Part shown: positions 53,905-64,000 of the stretch, piece after piece
Layout: each line of letters starts with the position of its first letter
How positions within the stretch are numbered: the first letter of the stretch is position 1
NCBI RefSeq assembly: GCF_006345805.1
Contig: NC_043024.1
Location: 5,022,001-5,086,000, forward strand
Direction: 5' to 3'
Length of the DNA stretch: 64,000 nt
From: Octopus sinensis
Lineage: Eukaryota
Made by a program: the position numbers and the translations under genes
The notes under the pieces: model-generated
Seen by the model: the letters and a program-made list of their open reading frames with translations, nothing else
The model's database searches: none
What the model was told of the DNA's origin: nothing

Positions 53905-54290
53905 TAGCAAAAAATATTTGAAAATGGGGGTGAAATTTCCAAGGTTTCACTCCGTTTTCTGGTCCCAGAAAAGGATTTTGTAGCATATTAGATCACCGGA
54001 ATTCAGTTAATGAAAAAAAAAAAATTTCCAATGATAACGGATATAAGGGAGTCCGGTTCCCCCTCCCCCCCAAAAACAAAAATAAGGGGTTTGCAGCATA
54101 TTATGAGGTCAGATATACTTGATTCCATGCAAAAAATCCGAGGTTTTCTTTTCTTAGCGAAAATCGTGCAGGTGAAAAGATCAATGGGGGGTGGGGGCAA
54201 ATTTCCGAGGCTTCCACCACACCCCACCCTGTTTTCCAGACCCCAAATTGGGTTTTGTAGCACATTAGGTCACCGGAATTCAGTCAACGA
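53905..54290 (-). repeat. Inverted copy (about 1.5 units) of the 250-bp array
   Basis: tagcaaaaaatatttgaaaatgg is the reverse complement of the 53055-53077 end. Confidence 0.85.
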
Positions 54291-55059
54291 TTCTGCCTCA
54301 GCATACAACAAAATAATACGAGGTACGCAACATCTGGATTTTCTAGTTCGTTTCGTTGACTTTTCGTGTGGGTTTTTCGAAGTGTCTTCAGACAGGGGGG
54401 GGGGAGAGAGGGAGAAGGGAGACAGGGGGAAAGGAAGAGTTTATGTATGTACGTATGTATGTATGGGATCTTTTCTGTTTGAAGGACGGAATTTTCTACT
54501 TAACTAATCAATTTGAAACTTCAGAAAAGATCCTATATTTGTTTTTGTTTTTTTTGACCGGGTTTAACGCTTTAGTTTAACCATAATGTCAACATACAAG
54601 GATGTATATAACACTAATTCTGTAAAAATGTATGTGTATATGTTTATATATATTTTTAGTATGTATTTATAATACTTACATATTAATTGATATAAAGAGA
54701 GAGTCAACGAGTCAGAGCGGACAACGACAGCTTCAAGAGAATTTCTTCCTTTTTCCAACGAACGTTACTTCATATTTTGCAGGTCCACATAATAAAAACA
54801 TTCTGCATCTGCTTCTTTAGACATTTAATTACCAATCATTTGTATATTTTTGATTGGATTTTCTCTTAAATATCAGTCGTAAAGTGGAACTGATCAAACA
54901 CTCAAGGTGCGTGAGAAACAGGAGGAAGAAGCAAAATTAGGTAGAATTTACTATGAACAAGGGGAACTAACTCCAATTGAAAAGCAACTGCCAAATGAAA
55001 AGATCCCCCCTACCTCCCTCATATTCCTTATTCTTCTTCATCATTATAATTTTTATGTT

Positions 55060-56540
55060 GTCATCATCATCATCATCGCTTAACGTCCGCTTTACATGCT
55101 GGCATAGGTTGGACAATTTGACTGAGGACTGGCGACCCAGATGGCTGTACCGGGCACCAATCTTGATCTGGCAGAGTTTCTATAGCTGGATGCCCTTCCT
55201 AACGCCAACCACTCCGAGAGTGTAGTAGGTGCTTTTACATGCCACTGGCATGATGGTCAGTCAGGCGGTACTGGCAACGGCAAAACTCAAATGGTGTTTT
55301 TTTTACGCGCCACCTGCACAGGAGCCGGTGCAGCGGCACTGGCAACAACCTCATTCAAATGCTTTTTCACGTGCCACCAGAACAAGTGCCAGTAAGGCGA
55401 CGCTGGTAACAATCATGCTTGAATGGTGCTTTTTACGTGCCACCAGCATGGAAGCCAGTTAGCCGCTCTGGCAACAATCACACTCGGATGGTGTACTTAG
55501 CGCTCCACTAGCATGGATGCCAGTCTTCGAATTCGATTTCACTTGCCTCAACAGGTTTTCACAAGCAGAGTTTAGTGTCCAATGAAGGAAAGGTATGCAT
55601 AAGTGGGCTGGTTACACCCCTGGCATAGGCCACGAGGTTCTGGTCTCATTTGGCTTGCCGGGTCTTCTCAAGCACATTATATTTCCAAAAGTCTCGGTCA
55701 CTAGTCATTGCCTTGGTGAGGCCTAATATTCGAAGGTCATGCTTCACCACTTTATCCCAGGTGTTCCTGGGTTTACCTCTTCCACAGGTTCCCTCAACCG
55801 CTAGGGTGTGGCTCTTTTTCACACAGCTATCCTCATCCATTCTTGCCACATGACCATACAGGCTCAGTTGTCACTCTTGCACACTACATCTGATGCTTCT
55901 TAGGTCCAACTTTTCTCTCAAGGTACTTACACTCTGTCGAGTATATACACTGACATTACACATCCATCGGATCATACTGGCTTCATCCTTGTGAGCTTAC
56001 GCATGTCCTCAGCAGTCACGGCCCATGTAGCATAGCTGTTCGTACACGTCATACATCTAACTTTTACTCTGAGCGAGAGGCCCTTTGTCACCAGCAGCGG
56101 TAAGAGTAGTCTGAACTTTGCCCAGGGACATCCTGCCTTGAATTCCTCTGTTTTTGCCTGGAAGACTCTGATAAATAGGAGGGGGATACGGACTGAACCT
56201 TGGTGGACCCCTACCTCTCCCCGAAATTCTTCACTGTACTCGTTGCCAACCCTCACCTTACTGACAGTGTCCCTGTACATGGCTTAAACAGCTCTCACTA
56301 ACCATTCATCTATCCCTAGTTTCCTCATTGACAACCAGATAAGGGATCAGGGGACGCTGTCAAAGGCTTTCTCCATGTCAATGAAAGCCAGGTACAGAGT
56401 TTCATCTTTGGCTAGGTATTTCTCCTGCAGCTGTCTTACCAGAAATATAACATCAGTGGTGCTTTTCCCTGGCACAATCCCAAACTGCATCTCATCTAAA
56501 CTGACTCACTAATTAGTTGGCCTATGACCCTTTCCGTGAC
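55060..56540 (-). mobile_element. RTE LINE 3' portion with internal deletions
   Basis: ORFs 55972..56280 and 55646..55849 match the RTE RT C-terminus; (CAT)n tail at about 55062. Confidence 0.87.
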
Positions 56541-57725
56541 CTTCATTGCCTGATCTATACATACATATATATATATATGTTAACCAGCTTGTGTGTCAGG
56601 CCGACCAAAGCCTTGTGTATGGATTTGGTAGATGGAAATTAAAACGAAGCGGTTGTATATATGTATATATATATACATATATATATGTATGTGTGTCTGT
56701 GATTGTCCCCCAAACAATGCTTGACAACTGATGCTGGTGTGCTTATGTCCCCATAACTTAGCGGTTCTGCAAAAGAGACCGATAGAATAAGTATTAGGCT
56801 TAAAAGTAAAGTCCTGAGGTCGATTTGCTTGACTAAAGGCAGTGCCCCAGCATGACCACAATCAAATGACTGAAACAAGTAAAAGAGTAAAGAGATATGT
56901 GTATGTGTGTGTGTATTATTTTTGTAGGAGGTTTTGATAATATTTTTTGCAAGGTAATTACAAATCACATAAGGAGACCGGAGAAAAGTTTGGTATTATT
57001 TATTCAGCATTACATGTGTTTCATTTCCTAATAGGAATTATAAACTTTTAGATGCGTAGAGAACATGTAAGATATTTCCTATAAGAAAATCTTTGAACAT
57101 ACATGTGTGTGTGTGTGTGTGTGTGTGGATGTGTACCCTTGTCCAGATACTATGTGATGTTCGTAAAAGAGCCATCATGACCGTCATACTTGTGCAGTTG
57201 TTCATTTCCAGTCCTCTGTGTAAAATATGTCTCACCAGGGAAAATATTTCCTTGCTTGGAAACAGGTGAGGATTGGTCACAAGAAAGATACCCAGATGTA
57301 GAAAATCTCCATCAATGAATTTCATCTGATCCACAGAAGCATGAATAGGAGAATGTTAAATGATGAGGATCATCATCATCGTGGTTCCTCTTCTGTATGA
57401 ATGCATTTACATTTCAATAACTGATCATTTTCATAGATTGATTTAGCACAAATAGCTTAGGTTACAGTTATATCTTTCATATTAATAGGACTGTGTACAA
57501 ACAATTCACCATTTTGAAAGAATGATTCAGGTTTAACATCACAGTGATATGTTTTCCTTCCTCTGTCAATGCTCTTTTGATTCAATAATGGATGATTTCA
57601 TGTCAAAGATTTACCATAGATGTCACATTCATATAGTTTCTGTACTCTGTGGATGTCTTTATAATATAGTTTCAATCATGTGTAGAGATTTTCCTGAGGT
57701 AAAAGCTTGTCCTTCTGAAGGAATG

Positions 57726-58577
57726 TTATACAACAATTGGGTCCTTTGCAGAACAAATACACTTATATCTAATTAAGTGATGTTTTTGTGTGAATGATTT
57801 ACTGCAGATATCACAATGATATGGTTTTAGCCCAGTATGAGTAAGTATGTGTGTACTTAAGATACCCTTTTTAGAAAATGACTTGCCACAGATATTGCAG
57901 TGATATGGTTGCTCACCTGTATGAACACGTTTGTGTGTCGTTAAGTTAGCTGTCTGACTGAATGATTTACCATAGATATCACAGCGATATGGTTGCTCAC
58001 CTGTATGAATACGCTTGTGTCTGGTTAAGTAAACTGCCTGACTGAATGATTTGCCACAGATATCACAGTGGTATTCTTTGTCCCCTGTATGGATTTGTTT
58101 GTGAATATCTAAGCTATGAGAGAATGATTCACCAAAGATATCAGAGTGAAATGGTTTCTCACCTATATGAATACACTTTTCAGTGAAAGATTTACCACAT
58201 AAATCACATTGATATGGTTTCTCCCCTGTATGAATACGCTTATGTTTAGTCAAGCTGCTATCATCAGAAAATGAATTACCACAGATATCACAGGGATAAG
58301 GTCTTTCTCCTGTATGAGTACGTATGTGTCGAGTTAAATGACTGTCATTGGAGAATGATTTACAACAGATATCACAGGAATATGGCTTCTCTCCTGTGTG
58401 AATACGTTTGTGTTTGGTTAAGCCACTGTTTTCAGTGAAAGATTTACCACATATATCACAGGGATATGGTTTCTCCCCTGTATGAATTTGTTTGTGTTGA
58501 CTGAATTTACTTTCTTCAAAGAATGATTCTTCACAGATGTCACAGTCATATGATGATTTTCCTAATTCTTCAGACAT
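57726..58577 (-). CDS. C2H2 zinc-finger protein (paralogue E), 10 units, 4 defective
   Basis: 283-aa ATG ORF and close paralogue of D. It has an in-frame deletion (SFTEK-CIHI), the shared broken HSDI finger, and C>Y and H>Y ligand substitutions. Confidence 0.85.
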   Translation of the reverse strand: MSEELGKSSYDCDICEESFFEESKFSQHKQIHTGEKPYPCDICGKSFTENSGLTKHKRIHTGEKPYSCDICCKSFSNDSHLTRHIRTHTGERPYPCDICGNSFSDDSSLTKHKRIHTGEKPYQCDLCGKSFTEKCIHIGEKPFHSDIFGESFSHSLDIHKQIHTGDKEYHCDICGKSFSQAVYLTRHKRIHTGEQPYRCDIYGKSFSQTANLTTHKRVHTGEQPYHCNICGKSFSKKGILSTHILTHTGLKPYHCDICSKSFTQKHHLIRYKCICSAKDPIVV

Positions 58578-59289
58578 CTCTTCAAGAAAAATAAAATCGA
58601 TCCTTCAAGTTGTACAGATCAACAACTTTTCAAAAATATTTCTTCTCTCACCAAAATATATGGATATTTTTCTTCTTTTTGCTTTTATAGTTTATTCCAA
58701 ACAAATATCACTTCTCTTATATTTCTTCTAAATGTGATCAATGCCAATATTTAAAAATGTCGCAAACACTCTTTGGAATCCATCAAAGTATATTTAAAAC
58801 AGAAAATTATCTCTTGCACATTTTAGACACAGAAGTAAAGAAATGCTTTCTCTCTCAGAGGAAATATTTTACTGTAATTCAGCAATGTTTTATAGAAGCA
58901 GGATTATACATTTGTAGAATATCTTTGCAGAGTCTTTCAAACATGATACATATTGATGATTCTTTAAAATTAAAAAATACTTTTTAGCCAATTTCAGGTG
59001 ATTTTCTGAAAGAATACAAAAGTAATATAAGACATCAAGTATCTTTAAAAGGCAGATATTCAAAAGTGCAAATTTACGACATTTCTGTTTTCATAAATTT
59101 ATCTGAACTATTAAACTTATCCCATCTATTTTCAAGAAGTTTATATCAGGGAGTAGACACATCTCTTATAATAACATCTCCTGGACATTAATTCTGTCAT
59201 AGACACACACACATACCAATATATATGTCAATGACACTAGATATCTGATGTTTTTATCTGATGGGGTTTTTCTCCAGGGTCTGAGTCTG

Positions 59290-59480
59290 CTTGGGTCTAG
59301 TTAGGCAACTACTAACATAGAATGATTCACCAATGATGTCACAGTGATATGGCTTCTTCCCTCAATGAACTCTTGTGTGAGTAGTGAAGTTACCTCTTTG
59401 ATAGAATGACTTACCACAGATATTACAGTGATCTGGTTTCTCCTCTAAATTAATACGTTTGTGTTGCGTTAAGCTGGTGC
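59290..59480 (-). pseudogene. Short C2H2-ZNF relic
   Basis: Reverse-strand finger motifs (gaatgacttaccacagatattacagtgat; gatgtcacagtgatatggcttc) with stops; resembles the decayed 3' end of F. Confidence 0.65.
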
Positions 59481-59984
59481 CACTGTAGCAGATTCCAAAC
59501 TACCTTTCATTTGCACTCTTTCAGTTGGTGAAGCTAAATCGCCCTTATATCAAACACTTTCTCCTCTGAAAAGGTAAAATTGTTTTTCTTAACCGAAAGG
59601 TTTTCTCCCCTGTTTTCCGAGTGCCAGAATCAGTCTGGAGAAAAGAAGGGCCAAAATCGGTCTAGAGTGTGTTTGTGGAGGGGAGTTTGTTGAAAAGAGG
59701 GAACAAACTCAAAGGTAATCCATGCTGTATGCAGTCACTTTGCATGCTAGAAATAGCAGGGATTTATTATGTTCTTTTTTTAAACGACAAATGACTCAAT
59801 TAAGATAATGCTTCCTCTTAATTCGGTTTTGTATTTCCTAATTATTAAAATGTGAAACCACACTTAAAACCATTCTCAGTGATATTTTGATTATTATTAT
59901 TATAATGTCCATATATTTTAAAGGACATAAAAATGTTTATAATGCTTCAAGCATGGAAAATTAAATTTAATCTAGCAACTCGAA

Positions 59985-60292
59985 CCCGGGACTTATTCTT
60001 TGTAAGACCAGTATTTATTCTATCGGTCACTTTTGCCGAACCGCTAAGTGACAGGACATAAACACACCAGCATCTGTTGTCAAGCAATGCTAGGGGGGCA
60101 AATACACACACATATACATACATATATACGACAGGCTTCTTTCAGTTTCCGTCTACCAAATCCACTCACAAGGCATTGGTCTGCCCGAGGCTATAGTAGA
60201 AGACACTTGCCCAAGGTGCCACGCAGTGGGATTGAACATGGAACCATGTGGTTGGTTAGCAAGCTACTTACAACACAGCCACTCCTGCGCCT
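59985..60292 (-). mobile_element. SINE, same family, 3'-truncated
   Basis: Colinear with 8310-8625. Confidence 0.85.
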
Positions 60293-60299
60293 TGTGTAA

Positions 60300-61047
<748 letters not shown>

Positions 61048-62236
61048 CTCTTCAAGAAAAATAAAATGAATCCTTAAAGTTTTACACGTCAATAACTTTT
61101 CACAAATTTCTCTCCTCTCACCAAAATATATGGATATTTTTCTTCTCCCACCAAAATATATGGATATTTTTCTTCTTTTTGCTTTTATAGTTTATTCCAA
61201 ACAAATATCACTTCTCTTATATTTCTTCTAAATGTGGTCAATGCCAATATTTAAAAATGTCGCAAATACTCTTTGGAAATCTATCAAAGTATATTTAAAA
61301 GAGAAAATTATCTCTTGCACATTTCAGACACAGAAATAAAGAAATGCTTTCTCTCTCAGAGCAAATATTTTACTGTAACTCAGCAATGTTTTATAGAAGC
61401 AGGATTATACGTTTGTAGAATATCTTTGCAGAGTCTTTCAAGCATGATACATATTGATGATTGTTTAAAAGTAACAAAATACTTTTTAACCAAATTCATG
61501 TGATTTTCTGAAAGAATAGAAAATATAATATAAGACATAAAGTATGTTTAAAAGGCAGATATTCAAAAGTGCTAATTTACGACATTTCTGTTTTCATAAA
61601 TTGTAGAAGTAATTCTTTATCTGAAGTATTAAATTTATCCCATCTCTCTATTTTCAAGAGATATATCTATCGTAATAACACCTCCTGGACATTGCGTCTG
61701 TCCTAGACACACACCAATATACATGTCAATGACACTAGATATCTGATGGTTTCACCTCAGTCATGTGTCGTATTAACACAGCTTTGTTTGGTAACATAGA
61801 CATCACTCCTCCTCTGCCTCATTCTGTACATTCGTAAATACACAAATACATAGATACGGGCAGCTTAATGTCAATATTTTGTTGAGGATGAAACAGGGAG
61901 AAAAGTCAGTAAAGAATCAACATTCTTTTCTACTCTAAGGCACAAAGCTCGAAGATTTTGAGGAAGGGCCAATCAATCAGATTGATCCCAGTACACAACT
62001 CGTACTTAACTTATCGACCCCGAAAGGATGAAGGGCAAAATCGACCTTGGCGGAATTTGAACTGAGAACGTAAAGACAGACAAAATACTGCTAAGCATTT
62101 CATATATATATATATAAGTATATATATATATATAAACACAGTAGAAGTAAAGACCTGAACCCTTCAAAGGGATGTTTAGCATCGAAGTTCCTGAGGAAAA
62201 GCCTAATTTGTAATTTGAAAAGGATTATATTTCCCT

Positions 62237-62580
62237 CAAAGTTATGAGGGAAAAACTCGGATCTTGTGAATCGTCCCAAGTCCTCTCCCCACCCCCTCGG
62301 AAAAGGTTTTCCCCACAAATTTCTATATAATCGTAATCTATACAATTGAAATGTATTTATATAAAATTTCATTTTTAAAAACCCATTTGAAAGCTATGAG
62401 GGAAAACCATCGGATCTTGTGAATCATCCGAAATCCTCTCCCCACCCCCTCGGAAAAGATTTTCCCCATAAATTTCTTTATAATCGTAATCTATACCGTG
62501 TGAAAGGTATTTATATAAAATTTCATTCTTAAAAACCCATCTTAAAGTTATGTGGGAAATATATCGGATCTTGTGAATTT
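62237..62580. repeat. ~152-bp tandem repeat, about 2.3 units
   Basis: aaag(t/c)tatg(a/t)gggaaa...cggatcttgtgaa at about 62238, 62390 and 62543. Confidence 0.85.
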
Positions 62581-62604
62581 TCCGAACCGCGTTTTAGGGG
62601 TCAC

Positions 62605-62680
62605 TTTCCCGCACATGTGCATGAGGAAGACTTCCGGTAGCCAACCGGAAGTAATCCCATTCTGCGCATGTGCGCTGAAG
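62605..62680. promoter_or_regulatory. Candidate promoter core: inverted ETS pair plus NRF1-like motifs
   Basis: ACTTCCGGT-agcca-ACCGGAAGT flanked by cgcacatgtgca and tgcgcatgtgcgc in a CpG-enriched patch about 1.6 kb upstream of F. Confidence 0.55.
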
Positions 62681-62959
62681 CTTACACAGCAGCATCAAAA
62701 CAAACACGTTGAATTCAGCTGGAAAATTATAAGATTCCTGAAATACTGAAATTTTCACTACACTCGAACATTTCCACACATAGCAGCAAAACGGAAAAGA
62801 TCGGAAAAGGGTTGATGATAATAACAATAACAGTGACGAAGCCGAATATTGAAGAAATCTCTTTCACAAAATACCAAATCTATTAAAGTAGAGCCGCAAT
62901 TCTTTAAAGACTGGAGTTAGTTCCCTTTGTTCATTGTCAAAACTCTTCCGCACCTTTTT

Positions 62960-64000
62960 CATCTGCGTTTTGAGAATTTTGCTGCCTCTTTGTTGAGAGA
63001 GTTCGATTTTTTGTTCATCGTTGTTTGTGTTAATCGTTTATTGAACAGTGCCCGTTGTGTAACGGTAATTCTGTTTAAAATTGTCATTACCTTCGAGATA
63101 ATTTTTGAAACATTTTTGAGAAATGGATTTCGACTTGGCGTCGAAGATTGACTTTCCCGCAATGGGAAAAGGTGAATTAAAGGACACTGAAGTAAAAAAA
63201 CAGTCTTTTTCGGCCGCGGTAGGCGGAACCATGATGGACGTTGAATTCAAGATCGAACAACTATTCGAATTTCGGAACTTTATAAAAATGGAAGGAAACG
63301 AAATCAAACTTGTACCGCCGCAAGCGAAGGTACAGGAAATAAAGGAAAAGACAGTTATATACAAAGTGTATAGCTACAAAGAAAAAAAAATCATGGACGT
63401 CAGAAACGAGATAGTAGAAAAGTGCTTGTCCCCAGTGTGGGACAAAATTCGCCATGTTGTTCGAGGTGCTCGCAGCGCTACTGTTGAAGCACATTTTGAC
63501 TCGGCTGAGGTAGCAAGAGAGGTGTCATCAATGACCCTGAAAAATGATGATATCATGTTGCTACCCTCGTATATGGGAAAAAGAACAGCTAAACTGCTGG
63601 TAGAGGACATACCGAGAGGGTATGATATAATGTGGGTAGCAGCGGCGGTCCTGCACAATGTAGAGCGGGAAATTTCGATTCTGCAGATGAGAAGGAAAGA
63701 GGAGGTACGCTGGAAGGGACAGACGCTGGAACTCCTCGTTCAGGCAGAAAACAAGATATTGGAGAACCTGCCCGATAGGATATTTAACGAGGATGGAACG
63801 TCCATGAGAGTGTCAGTGGAGGGACGCAGACCTAGGCGCTTTAAATGTGGCGAAAAGGGTCACGTCCGCTCGAACTGTTTAAAAAAAAAGAAAACCAACG
63901 AAGCCCCTCCTCAAAGTGCTTCAAACACTGAAGGGGAGAAGGCGGAAAAAGAACCCTAGACGACGACAAGCAAAGAAACCGAAACGGAGGATTGTATTGA
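62960..64000 (+). mobile_element. L1/Tx1-type LINE 5' end with ORF1 (gag-like), running off the window
   Basis: ORF 63123..63959 (278 aa) ends in a zinc knuckle RFKCGEKGHVRSNC (CX2CX4HX4C with the first Cys codon tgc>cgc) preceded by ...RVSVEGRRP. The 5' boundary is approximate. Confidence 0.72.

Overview
Eukaryotic, AT-rich, repeat-dense genomic DNA, most likely an octopus/coleoid cephalopod (inferred from the bare C2H2 zinc-finger cluster, the SINE/RTE content and the long TA/TG microsatellites). No prokaryotic-type features were seen. The window holds a cluster of effector-less C2H2-ZNF paralogues: A 4.7-5.8 kb (+), B 12.5-13.3 kb, C 18.2-19.2 kb, D 21.4-22.7 kb, E 57.7-58.6 kb and F 60.3-61.0 kb (all -), plus a diverged frameshifted gene at 45.8-46.5 kb and three relics. 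The paralogues are mosaics of one another, which points to ectopic recombination or gene conversion. Between them lie RTE LINE fragments, several tRNA-derived SINE families, two Penelope-like (RT + GIY-YIG) elements, an L1/Tx1-type ORF1, a non-autonomous Helitron carrying a nested piggyBac, mariner/Tc1/Tigger fragments and a hAT MITE. The least obvious signal is a set of minimal type I hammerhead ribozymes with palindromic stem III in three non-coding element families; one family carries a ~90-nt structured insert in loop II. The Penelope pseudo-LTR also carries five CRE + CCAAT modules at fixed spacing. Alignments were made by eye, so boundaries are approximate to roughly 10-30 bp unless termini or TSDs are quoted.
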